A stretch of 64,000 nucleotides of DNA from a virus (lineage: Duplodnaviria > Caudoviricetes). The notes beneath the pieces are model-generated. The model was not told the DNA's origin, did not search any database, and saw nothing but the letters and a program-made list of their open reading frames with translations. The position numbers and the translations under genes are program-made. The stretch is taken from the IMG/VR virus record IMGVR_UViG_3300021387_000796, positions 128,001-192,000 of that record, one strand, 5' to 3'. How positions within the stretch are numbered: the first letter of the stretch is position 1; each line of letters begins with the position of its first letter. Below, in pieces: positions 35,645 to 45,772 of this stretch.

Positions 35645-36307
35645 ATGGACAAAGAAAATGTTGAAAAAATTGAAGAGTTGTTGGATGACTCACTTGAAAC
35701 TTTGGCTGATAAAAAGCGATTCGCTAAAACTATGAACACAATCATCAAAGATTGTGCAAAGAAAAATAATGTTGACCCAAAGGTAATCAAAGCAGTTAAG
35801 AATTACAAGCATTACCGAGGTGTTAATTGGGCAAATAACAACCCTCTCGAAAAGGATAAAGATGTTAAGGAAAAGGACAAGGTAGCACCTATTTTCATTA
35901 AGTTGCTCGAAGTTGTAGAAAATCTTCGTGCAATTGGCGATAAAGAATTCCTTGAGCCTTATCTTAACGCTATTGCTGAAAAGGGTATTCGAATTGATAT
36001 TGATTTTGCCGATACTGATAAGAATGTTGGTGAAATTATGGAAGTGATTGATTCAGCATCCAAATTGCAGACGAATGTTGATACGCTCGCAGAAGAACTC
36101 AAAGAAGAAAAATCAACTACCGCAGAAGAACTCAACTTTACACCAAAGTCTTCATTCTGTAATGTCCTTGGTATTCTTGAGAAGATTAATGAGGGTAAAA
36201 ATCAGAATGATAAAATTCAATCTAATTTTACAAATCTCGTAATGCTTAACAATGCGTTTACTTATTTAAGTAGCAAAAACGAAGAATGTGAGGAAAGCGA
36301 AGAATAA
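35645..36307 (+). CDS. helical protein, possibly T4 DsbA/GapR-like DNA-binding
   Basis: IIKDCAKKNNVDPKVIK pattern; GGAG SD. Confidence 0.5.
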   Translation: MDKENVEKIEELLDDSLETLADKKRFAKTMNTIIKDCAKKNNVDPKVIKAVKNYKHYRGVNWANNNPLEKDKDVKEKDKVAPIFIKLLEVVENLRAIGDKEFLEPYLNAIAEKGIRIDIDFADTDKNVGEIMEVIDSASKLQTNVDTLAEELKEEKSTTAEELNFTPKSSFCNVLGILEKINEGKNQNDKIQSNFTNLVMLNNAFTYLSSKNEECEESEE

Positions 36308-36318
36308 CATTCAATAAA

Positions 36319-36344
36319 AAGACCTAGAACTTAATCTAGGTCTT
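36319..36344. terminator. bidirectional terminator
   Basis: AAGACCTAGA/TCTAGGTCTT between convergent genes. Confidence 0.8.
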
Positions 36345-36350
36345 AATTGT

Positions 36351-38303
36351 TTATTTCTTTTCTTTTTCCATTTCTTCTTGTATTCGTTTTGCTTTTTGTG
36401 TTTGAATTTCTTCTTTCAAGAAATAAAGCGGTGTGTATTTATAATGAGCCTTTAATCTATAAGTATTATTGTAATAATAGCGGTTTCCAATCTGTCCTTC
36501 GGTCATACCATGTTCTTTTTTATAACGGAAGTATTCTTCGTTAATTTTATTTTTAGATTCTTCAATTTTTTCCATAATCTGTCTGCTTTCAAAGAGATTA
36601 GGTTTTTTACCAAACATATTATCTTTTGGTTTTTCATTTTCTTCGTTATTATCTTGATTCTGTTCTTCTTCAGCACTTCCGTATATTTCATTAATCCATT
36701 TATCAATAACATCTTTTTCAACAGGAAGATATTGAGTAAGTACAGATTTAACAATATTTGGTTTAAGAGAATCGCCCCGTTCCAATCCAGCACAGGTACT
36801 AATAGTATCAATGATGTCTTTCGCTAAAGAAAAAATATCACTTATCTGTGAAACTTTATCAGAAGTGTAATCTTCGACTGGATTTTCTATACTAAGTTCA
36901 AACTCTGATTTATCACCGTCAAACTCTTCTGTCAAAAGTAAATGCATACGGAATGTTTCATCAAGTTCTTCCAAGAAAGCACGTCTTAATGCATCAACTC
37001 GTCTTTGGAAAATTTTGTTCAAGTAGTACAGTTTTTCAGCACTATCTCCTCCCAAACCATCTCCTTCTTCAGGACACAAATAAGTCATAGGTATGCCTGT
37101 AGCCATACACATTGAATATTTCTTTTCTTCAAGGTCTCCTAAAGCGTCAAGGTCAATTGAAGGGTCTAACAAATCATAATCAACAAGACCATCACATGAA
37201 TAAATCTTACTTCCTACAGAAAGACCATCTTGATTCTGTGTTTGTGGTGTAATTCCTTCAAGGAAGTTTTTGGCTTCAGATATTCGCATTTGCCTTGTAA
37301 AAGGGTCACTATTTTCATCACATTTAATAGAATAATGTTCACGAGGGAACGATTGACTTCTAAGCATATCTATTAAAAGTTGTGTTGTCTTGTATGACTT
37401 GAATGTTGGGATTGCTGATAAAAACATAGGCTTACCAAACGGGAAGAAATCTTTATCTGTAGTAAACAATCTACAATGAGAAATACACCAAGGTGGAACA
37501 CCTTTAACATTCTTCACATCTTGAGAATCGCCATTTTCTTCTTCTGCCCATAATTTTAATGTATAACCAAAAAGATATGATTTATATAACGCACTGATGT
37601 CTTCTACATTTTTTTGCGATACAATATCAACAATTTGTTGTAATGATGGATATGTGTTGGCTAAGTTTAAAGCCATTTGAAACCATTGACGTTTTTCTTC
37701 CACCATACCCACATTAAATTCAATTCTGTCTGCAACAAGAAATGGGTCAATTGGTGTAATTGTTGTTATACCACCTTTACCTTCCATATCAATCCCATTT
37801 AACCAAAAAGCATCTCCATACATTACAAGATTTGTAAAAATATCACGAATTACATTTTCAGTAAATCCAACATCCTCAAACCATTTGTAAAAATATTTTT
37901 CAAGTTTAGAATCTTTTGCTTTAATTTGAACGAGATTTTTTCCATAATCGGATGTATAGGCTTCACTCGTATAGATTTTTACGGCAGTTTCAAGAATAGG
38001 TTCTGTGGTGCAAGCAGATTTCATATCTTTATATCTAAGAAAACGAAAAGCATTATCCATGTATGGTGCAGTAGACATATTACTAACCAAATACTGATAA
38101 GCACTCTCCATAGCAGAAGGCATATCTATCGGTTTAACTTTTGGTAATTCTTTACCATTCTTATCTCGAACATGTTCTGTAGGAATAAGATTTCCTTTAT
38201 CACTTACCCCTACATTAAAAAAATTTAAAAGTTTGTTGGTATTTTGACCATAAAGTTTATTTGATTTTTTTATGTTAATTAAGTCTACTTTCGAATTTCC
38301 CAT
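36351..38303 (-). CDS. portal protein (T4 gp20-like)
   Basis: RY.DM..P.LE.AV.IY..EA, YGDAF, ISHCRL, PFGKP, ATGIP..YL, F.R.V..LR. Confidence 0.85.
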   Translation of the reverse strand: MGNSKVDLINIKKSNKLYGQNTNKLLNFFNVGVSDKGNLIPTEHVRDKNGKELPKVKPIDMPSAMESAYQYLVSNMSTAPYMDNAFRFLRYKDMKSACTTEPILETAVKIYTSEAYTSDYGKNLVQIKAKDSKLEKYFYKWFEDVGFTENVIRDIFTNLVMYGDAFWLNGIDMEGKGGITTITPIDPFLVADRIEFNVGMVEEKRQWFQMALNLANTYPSLQQIVDIVSQKNVEDISALYKSYLFGYTLKLWAEEENGDSQDVKNVKGVPPWCISHCRLFTTDKDFFPFGKPMFLSAIPTFKSYKTTQLLIDMLRSQSFPREHYSIKCDENSDPFTRQMRISEAKNFLEGITPQTQNQDGLSVGSKIYSCDGLVDYDLLDPSIDLDALGDLEEKKYSMCMATGIPMTYLCPEEGDGLGGDSAEKLYYLNKIFQRRVDALRRAFLEELDETFRMHLLLTEEFDGDKSEFELSIENPVEDYTSDKVSQISDIFSLAKDIIDTISTCAGLERGDSLKPNIVKSVLTQYLPVEKDVIDKWINEIYGSAEEEQNQDNNEENEKPKDNMFGKKPNLFESRQIMEKIEESKNKINEEYFRYKKEHGMTEGQIGNRYYYNNTYRLKAHYKYTPLYFLKEEIQTQKAKRIQEEMEKEKK

Positions 38304-38435
38304 TTTACAAATTTCTCCTATCAATCATATTTTTAGATAGTTATAAAAACTTAACTATTTATTTAATACGGAAAAGGAAGAATCGCCAAATTCTTCCTAA
38401 TCCTAAACATAATTCACAATAAAGGAGTGTAAATT

Positions 38436-39287
38436 ATGCCTAGAGAAAAGTTTACAGAAAATTTAATTTATTTGCAATTCTTTAGTTTTGAAGTTTTGGA
38501 TTACTTCGATTCAATTTGTACAGATGAAAATTATGAATGGATTGAAAAATACTTTGATGTTTTAATGAAAGAAGAAAATAAAACTGCTGAAAAGTTTAAC
38601 GAACATCATGTAAGACCTGCATTTACATTTAGGGATAAACATCATAAAAATAGAAAAGAAACAAAATTATTGGCAAACGAAGTGAGTGGTAATATAATCA
38701 AATTGTCTATACAAAATCATATCAAAGCACATAATTATTTAAGATTCATATTCAAAAATACAATTTATGAAGGATATGCTAGAAGTGCGATATATATTAT
38801 ATGTAAAAAAAGAAATGTTGAAAATTTTACAGAAAGTGAAATAGAAGAAATTGCTAAAATAATTGAAGATTGCACTAAAGAAAATAAAACTAAAGAAGAA
38901 AGAAAACAATATGATAAACAATGGTATCTTAAAAATAGAGATAAAGTATTAGAACAATGTAAAGTATACACTGAAGCAAATAAAGAAAAACGAAGTGCTG
39001 AATATAAAAAATGGTATAGAGAAAATAAAGAACGACACAAAGAGTGGCAAAAAGAATGGGATGAAAATCACAAAGAAGAACGAAAAGAATATCAACGTGA
39101 ATGGCGAAAAAATAATGCAGATGAACGCAGAAAAAACGAGAATGAAAAAAATGCTAGAATATGCATAGACCCTACAGATGGAACTAAATGTTTATATGGT
39201 ACATTGCGAAGTAGAAAAGTGAGAAATAAAGAAAAATATAAAGATGTTATACCTTCTCAATGTATAATCAAAGAAGACCAACGATAA
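38436..39287 (+). CDS. HNH homing-endonuclease-like protein
   Basis: EHHVRP..NIIKLS..NH.KAH; K/E/R/W/Y helical repeats; freestanding beside portal. Confidence 0.7.
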   Translation: MPREKFTENLIYLQFFSFEVLDYFDSICTDENYEWIEKYFDVLMKEENKTAEKFNEHHVRPAFTFRDKHHKNRKETKLLANEVSGNIIKLSIQNHIKAHNYLRFIFKNTIYEGYARSAIYIICKKRNVENFTESEIEEIAKIIEDCTKENKTKEERKQYDKQWYLKNRDKVLEQCKVYTEANKEKRSAEYKKWYRENKERHKEWQKEWDENHKEERKEYQREWRKNNADERRKNENEKNARICIDPTDGTKCLYGTLRSRKVRNKEKYKDVIPSQCIIKEDQR

Positions 39288-39292
39288 AACAT

Positions 39293-39318
39293 AAACCCTA
39301 GAACTTTTCTAGGGTTTT
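39293..39318. terminator. bidirectional terminator
   Basis: AAACCCTAGAA/TTCTAGGGTTT. Confidence 0.8.
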
Positions 39319-39331
39319 ATTATAACTCACT

Positions 39332-40669
39332 TTAATCAATCAACCCTTGGTCTTTCATATTTTTCTTAATCGACATAGCCATCAAATTTTCAAAAAACCC
39401 TAAATTTCTACACAATCCTGAAAGGTGTTTACATACTAAAGCACCTGCTCGGTATTTATCCCATTTTTTTGGATAAATGTTGTTCGGAATTAAACTAGCA
39501 TCTTCTTGAGTAGCGAAGTATGAAATCCCGCTCCAGACGAAAGAAACGCAATTGCATGAATATTTTACATCTTCACTTAAATCCAAAATTGCACTTAATG
39601 TATTTTTATCAAACTCATTCTTTTCTATAACTCCTAATTCTTCGATTAAATCCCAAAAATCATTTATACGAAGACACATCATATACTCTCCGCTATTGTT
39701 TGTTTTCATAGCACTAGCATTTACTATGTCAGCGATTGGTGCGTCTATCAATTCTTTATACACATGGTCTACATCTTCATAAGGAGTAACTACTGTTTGA
39801 AACAAAAAGTCGGCTGAACCATCATCATTTAATTGTGATGTTATGAACTTTATGTTTCTGTTTGGTGTACCAACTAAATCTTTTCTTATATTATAAAATT
39901 TATTTACATGAGCATTTTTAGAATATACATCTCTTGAACGAATTTGTTGTAAAGACAACTTCTCTTCAATCTTTCCTTCTCCCTTATACAACCCCTCAAC
40001 TTTATTCATAAAATCATTCAACACTTTCTTCTGCTCACCATTCAACTCTATTGTCTGAATGATATCATCTTTAACACCTTTTACATCATCCAATTCATAA
40101 ATTGGTTTTGTACCATCCTTCAAGTTTTTCTTCAAATCTTTCAAAACTTCCAAGTCGGTCAGAACAAAATCCTCGTCAGTGTGAGTATAAACAAAATCTA
40201 TAACATCTTGTATGGTCATGTCTTTGCTCTCCGTCAATGAATCTCTATTTGTATCTTGAATATCTCGCATAGTATGAAACGAAATTATGTTTTTATTAAT
40301 AGGATTCCATTTAATGTATAATAATTTTTCTCTTGATTTAAAACTTTCCCAATTTCCAACAGTAGCGTTTGGAAAATATAAAATATATAAAAGATTATCT
40401 TCTCTATCTCTGTCAACAAGAATATCTGCATATTTTGCTAAGTTCAATGTATATAAACTTTCATCCAATAAATTAAATATGTCGAACCTTGTTATATGAA
40501 ACTTGTTCATAAAATCAGAAGTTTGGTCTTTCTTTCCTTTACTTCTTTCCACTATTTTATAATCATCAAAATTTTGATACAAGTCTATTATTGCGTTTTT
40601 TAACAGACTTTTTTGTTCAGCGGAATTTTTATCTTTAAATTTTACTTCAAACGTTTCATAAAGTTGCAT
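39332..40669 (-). CDS. fusion: MqsR-like N-domain + SWIM zinc-finger C-domain
   Basis: LYIKW..IISFH; CNCVSF..VCKHL. Confidence 0.6.
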   Translation of the reverse strand: MQLYETFEVKFKDKNSAEQKSLLKNAIIDLYQNFDDYKIVERSKGKKDQTSDFMNKFHITRFDIFNLLDESLYTLNLAKYADILVDRDREDNLLYILYFPNATVGNWESFKSREKLLYIKWNPINKNIISFHTMRDIQDTNRDSLTESKDMTIQDVIDFVYTHTDEDFVLTDLEVLKDLKKNLKDGTKPIYELDDVKGVKDDIIQTIELNGEQKKVLNDFMNKVEGLYKGEGKIEEKLSLQQIRSRDVYSKNAHVNKFYNIRKDLVGTPNRNIKFITSQLNDDGSADFLFQTVVTPYEDVDHVYKELIDAPIADIVNASAMKTNNSGEYMMCLRINDFWDLIEELGVIEKNEFDKNTLSAILDLSEDVKYSCNCVSFVWSGISYFATQEDASLIPNNIYPKKWDKYRAGALVCKHLSGLCRNLGFFENLMAMSIKKNMKDQGLID

Positions 40670-40680
40670 GAAATAAATAG

Positions 40681-40998
40681 TTATTTTGCAAACAAATCTT
40701 CTTTTTTGAGCAAATCACCCAAAGTATATCCTTCTTCATAATCCATACTTAAATCATTCATATTCACAAAAGTCAATCCCTTTGCTTTCTTTGGATATAA
40801 TCTGAAATAATCTTCCTTGCCAAAATCAACATCATTTGTCTTTGTATAAAAGAGTGAATAAAACAAATACTGTGGAAGTGAGAGCATGTCAACTATAGCA
40901 ACAATTTCACCGTTTTTGTTCACAAAACATTCTTGAGATTCATCACGGTAATCCAAAAAATCAAAGTATCTTCGTCTGATTGTCTTAAAAATATTCAT
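40681..40998 (-). CDS. hypothetical protein
   Basis: promoter 41017-41045; GAGG SD. Confidence 0.75.
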   Translation of the reverse strand: MNIFKTIRRRYFDFLDYRDESQECFVNKNGEIVAIVDMLSLPQYLFYSLFYTKTNDVDFGKEDYFRLYPKKAKGLTFVNMNDLSMDYEEGYTLGDLLKKEDLFAK

Positions 40999-41103
40999 AT
41001 ATTTACCTCATTAATAAATATACACCAAAATACATTTATTGTCAAGTAAAATTATTACAATTTATATGATTATTTCATTTTCATTTAATAACTATTTATC
41101 ATT

Positions 41104-41511
41104 ATGGAAACATTTGCAAATAATAACAACAACCATGTAATTTTCTATGATTATCCGTTCTATAAAAAAGTCAATAAGAACGGTTCTATTGCAGACATGA
41201 CAAATTCAGATGCATTGGCACAAGCCGTAAAAATATGGTTAGTTTCAAAAAGAAACGAAAAAATTCGTTCAGTGGGTGGAGGTATCATGTATCAATATCT
41301 CGGTAAAATGATGGACGAAAATCGTGCAACTGATATAAGAAATCGTATAATTCAAGGATTAAGTGAAGAATTTGAACCCCCATTGACACCTGTTCAAGTA
41401 GATGTAATTCCTAATTATGAAAAAGAACGTTGGGAAATAGGAATTGTCGCATATAACGCTGATTTGGCAGTCGGTGTGAATACCAAAGTAGTCATAATAA
41501 ATTCCATTTAA
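41104..41511 (+). CDS. baseplate wedge protein (gp25-like)
   Basis: DALAQAVK.WL....E....GG..Y.YL..I...L...FEP. Confidence 0.8.
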   Translation: METFANNNNNHVIFYDYPFYKKVNKNGSIADMTNSDALAQAVKIWLVSKRNEKIRSVGGGIMYQYLGKMMDENRATDIRNRIIQGLSEEFEPPLTPVQVDVIPNYEKERWEIGIVAYNADLAVGVNTKVVIINSI

Positions 41512-41589
41512 AAATTTTCAAAAATGTATTGCTTTTATTTTCAATCTTAATTATTCTTACGGTAAAAGAAATTATATGAGGAGAATAAT

Positions 41590-42687
41590 ATGCAAATTTC
41601 TACAAAACCTTTTTCTGAAAATCTAAAATCCATTGCAAATGTGATTGCAGATTTTGTTTACATTGATTGTACAGATGAATCAAATTATGCTTTTTATGTG
41701 TCCACCGATACACAAGCGATGAAGATTCCTCTTGAAATCACAAACGTAACAGATGACGAAAAACAGATTTATGTTATTAACAAAATCGAGTTTACTCATC
41801 TTGTATCTTATGCAAAAGAATTTATCACTCTTAATGCTGATTACAGTTATACTGCAAATAATGGTCAGATTAAAGGTAAATTTGAAAAGAACGAAGGATA
41901 TGCCGAAGAACTTGAATCAAGAAAGGTTCTTTTCGATAACGAAGATGAATACGAAGAGTTTATGGAAGTAACTCCTTCGATTATGAATGCTATTACTAGC
42001 GGTGGTATTTTTGTAGCACCTGATTCTATTAAACCTTCCGAAAGATTCCTTGATATTCAGCATTCAAAAGTTTTCTCTTATTCTAATTATAAGATTTATA
42101 TGGATGACATAGATATGACTGAAGATAAAGAAGGACTTCTTTCCAATGAAGTTTTGAAATCAATTCAGTCTTTGGGAATCGGTGCAATCGTAAAAAGTAA
42201 TCATGATTCATACCTTTGTACAAATGCTCAGAGAAGTATTTTTGAATATTTCTCTACTCCAAATGATGTTGATTTTCACCCTCTATTTTCAGAAAAATTT
42301 CAGAAAAAACTCGAAGAATCAAAATCATTCAACAAAATTTCATTTAATATTGAAGAACTTCGTGCAAAACTTGATTATCTTTCATTCTATGCAAACAAAA
42401 ATCCTAACAAAATGTGTTACTTGAATATTAAGAATGATGGGAAATTCTTTATTTCTACTGATGAAAATACATTTGTTGAAGTATCAGCCGAAGTCACAAA
42501 GACGGAAGAATTCGATGAAATGTCAGTACCTATTGATTGTTCTGCAATGCAGTTGATTCTTTCAAAAGTTGGTAAAGATGCTGAAATTTGGAATATGTAC
42601 ATTTCAAACGACCCTTACAATAAACTCATAATTACAACTTTTGGCGATTCAAACGAAACTGTAATTCTTGCCAAATTGAATAAATAA
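41590..42687 (+). CDS. probable DNA polymerase sliding clamp (beta-clamp-like)
   Basis: 365 aa, acidic, alternating beta/alpha pattern, next to the 5'-3' exonuclease. Confidence 0.5.
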   Translation: MQISTKPFSENLKSIANVIADFVYIDCTDESNYAFYVSTDTQAMKIPLEITNVTDDEKQIYVINKIEFTHLVSYAKEFITLNADYSYTANNGQIKGKFEKNEGYAEELESRKVLFDNEDEYEEFMEVTPSIMNAITSGGIFVAPDSIKPSERFLDIQHSKVFSYSNYKIYMDDIDMTEDKEGLLSNEVLKSIQSLGIGAIVKSNHDSYLCTNAQRSIFEYFSTPNDVDFHPLFSEKFQKKLEESKSFNKISFNIEELRAKLDYLSFYANKNPNKMCYLNIKNDGKFFISTDENTFVEVSAEVTKTEEFDEMSVPIDCSAMQLILSKVGKDAEIWNMYISNDPYNKLIITTFGDSNETVILAKLNK

Positions 42688-42704
42688 AATATCATAATAA
42701 AATT

Positions 42705-42735
42705 AAACCCACTCTTTTGAGTGGGTCTTTTTTTT
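42705..42735. terminator. terminator
   Basis: ACCCACTC/GAGTGGGT plus T run. Confidence 0.8.
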
Positions 42736-42937
42736 AATTTGTTCCGTGTGCATACAAACGACTGTAATAATCTTCATGTGAATGATTATCTATTTTATAA
42801 TTTCTATGCAACCAATCAAAATTTTTTCCATAATAATTTTTCCAAGTTCCATCATCGTTTTCCACCATAATTGGACAACCATGAAAATACGACCATTCTA
42901 TAAATCTTCTTGTAAATGCGTCAGGTTTTTTACTCAT
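42734..42937 (-). CDS. hypothetical protein
   Basis: AGGAGG SD. Confidence 0.7.
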   Translation of the reverse strand: MSKKPDAFTRRFIEWSYFHGCPIMVENDDGTWKNYYGKNFDWLHRNYKIDNHSHEDYYSRLYAHGTN

Positions 42938-42956
42938 TCTTTTTCCTCCTTTTATT

Positions 42957-43937
42957 TTATGCTCTTTCTACTGTTTCACCTTCCAACATGCTCAATAAAT
43001 CAGAACCCTTGTTTTCATTTTTCACTCGTTTATCAAAACGACCAACAATGTTTAGAGTGTTGTAGATGATTAAAAGTTTATTTGGTTTATAAGCACATTC
43101 TACTTTCCAATTCTCAAGGTCGAAGTTATCAATATCAAGATTCGATACCAACTGCCAATTCATCATCATTCTTTCTGCACAATTCTTAATTTTAATTCTC
43201 CAACCTGCATCTAAATAAGTAATTTTATTATTTAAAGCGTCTGAAATAAAACGAGAAACATCAGTATAACGATTAATACAATCCAAAAAATATTGTTTAG
43301 GATAATTTGATAAAGTTGGAAGAATACAATCCGATTGGTCACCATATAATGTTTTCCAAAAACATACATTTGAATATGTAGGTTTAAATCCAAACTTTTC
43401 TTCAAATGATTTTACAGTAAGAATTTCATTGTTTCTAGTATATTGATTAACCGTTACATCTCTTTCGACATCATTCAAAAGACAACGACTCCAATCCATA
43501 TCTGTAGAAAACATAAGAACTTTATCATGTTCGTTGATATAATTGTCAATTAGCGGGGCAACAAAATCATCTGCTTCGATATTTTGAACACGATATATTA
43601 CTGAATTGTCTCTGTAATATTTTGCAATCAGTTCTATCATGTTAATTCCTGTATAGAACCAATCGGGTTGAATCTCTCTGTTTTTCTTGTATTCTTTATC
43701 CAATAACTTGCGGTTTTTTAATATAGATGTTTTAGCATTATCAAATAAATACCACACTCTACAATTTTCAACACTTCCGTATTTTTTAATGTATCCGTCA
43801 GTAAGTTCAAAAAATTTGCATATAGCATTTATAGGTACTTTTTTATCACCAACATCAACGAGAGATTCATTTTTAGTCGCTACTCGATACCATAAGTTGT
43901 ATACATCAAAGAAAATATTATTATAAATAATACTCAT
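42957..43937 (-). CDS. 5'-3' exonuclease / T4 RNase H (FEN family)
   Basis: FFD..NL, YKKNR, IEADD, STDMD, LYGDQSD. Confidence 0.9.
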   Translation of the reverse strand: MSIIYNNIFFDVYNLWYRVATKNESLVDVGDKKVPINAICKFFELTDGYIKKYGSVENCRVWYLFDNAKTSILKNRKLLDKEYKKNREIQPDWFYTGINMIELIAKYYRDNSVIYRVQNIEADDFVAPLIDNYINEHDKVLMFSTDMDWSRCLLNDVERDVTVNQYTRNNEILTVKSFEEKFGFKPTYSNVCFWKTLYGDQSDCILPTLSNYPKQYFLDCINRYTDVSRFISDALNNKITYLDAGWRIKIKNCAERMMMNWQLVSNLDIDNFDLENWKVECAYKPNKLLIIYNTLNIVGRFDKRVKNENKGSDLLSMLEGETVERA

Positions 43938-44084
43938 TTCATTCCTCCATATTTTTCATCCATATTCATTTTAATTATTTTATTTATTCAACACAAGTAT
44001 CAATTTTCTTCCATTTTCACTTTTTAAAAGTGCTAGATATAAATAAACCATTTCCTTGCTTTCAAACCAATTAATCTTCATATA

Positions 44085-44630
44085 CTACCTCTCCGCAAAA
44101 TTAAGTTTGTATAAAAGATTAAGATGAGTTATAGCATCCGAATCTCGTCCGTTATATTTAAGGTCTTCAAGCAATGCGATTAATGGGATTTTACATTTAA
44201 ACTTGTACATACAGTCATCATCAATTGAAAGCAAATCCAATTCATTATATGAATCATGAACACGCATTATTTTGTAAACTTTTTTATATACAATCTGTGT
44301 AGTATTTAATGCTTCTTCCAAAGATTTGCCTTGATTTAATATCTTTCTTACTTCATCAGCATTAGGCACTTGTGTTGTTTTTTCATAAATAATCGGATAA
44401 TGTTTTTCCAACTTTTTCTTTAAATCACTAATTATCTTTTTCTTGTCTTTTTTTACATCAACAGTAATTTCTATATCCTCTTCGCCATAATGAACATAAA
44501 TTTTTCCCAAATCCCTAACCACTTGAATTGTGGGTTTTAACGGACATTTACTGCAAAAATTAGATAAACTTTTAACCAAACCTTCGAGATACGAGTTGTA
44601 ATTTGTATACTCTACATTTTTAATATTCAT
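44085..44630 (-). CDS. hypothetical protein
   Basis: GAGG SD; late motif at 44663. Confidence 0.75.
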   Translation of the reverse strand: MNIKNVEYTNYNSYLEGLVKSLSNFCSKCPLKPTIQVVRDLGKIYVHYGEEDIEITVDVKKDKKKIISDLKKKLEKHYPIIYEKTTQVPNADEVRKILNQGKSLEEALNTTQIVYKKVYKIMRVHDSYNELDLLSIDDDCMYKFKCKIPLIALLEDLKYNGRDSDAITHLNLLYKLNFAER

Positions 44631-44731
44631 TTTATTCCTCCATATAATTTATCATATATTACAAATAGTTATAAAAATTTATTGATTAAAAAATCGTAAT
44701 TTGTTAAAATCTAATCATATGGAGGAATTAT

Positions 44732-45328
44732 ATGGTTGATTTTAGTTTTCTTGAAGATGATTCGGAAAAAATCGAATTTATAAATGGTATCGGTAATTTA
44801 ATTCAAAATGGAGAAATCAGTGCTGAATCCTTAAACGAATGCCTTGCAAATTACTTCTCAATTACAAGATATATTCTTACTTTATATGAATCTGTTTCTT
44901 TAGAAGATGACATGCTCAAACTTGAATACAAAACATGGTATGCTGAAAAATTTTTAGAAAGCAAAACTAATTTAAATAAAGATATTACTGCTAAAACAAA
45001 AATGGCTTCTACAACCGAAATTGAACAGAATTTAATTGTTACTAATAAATCGGAATATGTGAATTGGCAACAAAGACTTATCATTTCAGAAAAAAGAAAA
45101 TCGTTTTATCTTCGAATATTGGAAAGTTGGAAGGCTAATAGTCAGCAGATTATTCAATTAGCACAAAACGCAAGAACCGAGATTTTCTCTCTCAAAACAC
45201 AAGATAAAGCGAATGAAGACATTACGAAAGAAAAATTAATTCGTCATGTAAAAGACGAAGATTATTCAGATGATAAATTGGAAAATGTTACACCTACAGT
45301 AAAAAAAGTAAAGAAAATTGTGAATTAA
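44732..45328 (+). CDS. UvsY-like recombination mediator (tentative)
   Basis: all-helical, YKTWYAEK..STTEIE pattern; genome encodes RecA/UvsX. Confidence 0.45.
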   Translation: MVDFSFLEDDSEKIEFINGIGNLIQNGEISAESLNECLANYFSITRYILTLYESVSLEDDMLKLEYKTWYAEKFLESKTNLNKDITAKTKMASTTEIEQNLIVTNKSEYVNWQQRLIISEKRKSFYLRILESWKANSQQIIQLAQNARTEIFSLKTQDKANEDITKEKLIRHVKDEDYSDDKLENVTPTVKKVKKIVN

Positions 45329-45458
45329 AAAAAATAAGCGACTACAATAATATTTATAATTACACCTTAAAGGGTGTAATTTGTACAATTTTTAATATAT
45401 TTATACCCTAAAGGGTGTTATTAAAATAATTCGAAAAATTCAATATAATATTTAAATA

Positions 45459-45487
45459 AAAAGACCTAGAAATCAATCTAGGTCTTT
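45459..45487. terminator. bidirectional terminator
   Basis: AAAGACCTAGA/TCTAGGTCTTT. Confidence 0.8.
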
Positions 45488-45506
45488 CTCTCCGATGTTT
45501 AAGAAA

Positions 45507-45758
45507 TTAGAACATCGCTACGATTGCTTTTTCTGATACAAAGAATTCATCTTCTGTATCACCATAAGGAATCATCTCATAACGATTGATAATTACTTTC
45601 TTTCCTACTTCAAAATTCTTATTTTTACATTCTGTAGAAAATGCAAGAATCGTTCCTTCCTTTGGTTTATCCTTATTTTCTCCAAAATAAACACCTTCTG
45701 TTTTTTTATCCTCTACTTTAACGAGAACATATTCATTCATTGGTACAACTTTATCCAT
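45507..45758 (-). CDS. groES: co-chaperonin GroES
   Basis: PMNEYVLVK..KT.G..KPKEG.ILA..VG.KV..E..IVA. Confidence 0.9.
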   Translation of the reverse strand: MDKVVPMNEYVLVKVEDKKTEGVYFGENKDKPKEGTILAFSTECKNKNFEVGKKVIINRYEMIPYGDTEDEFFVSEKAIVAMF

Positions 45759-45772
45759 ATTATATCTCCTAT

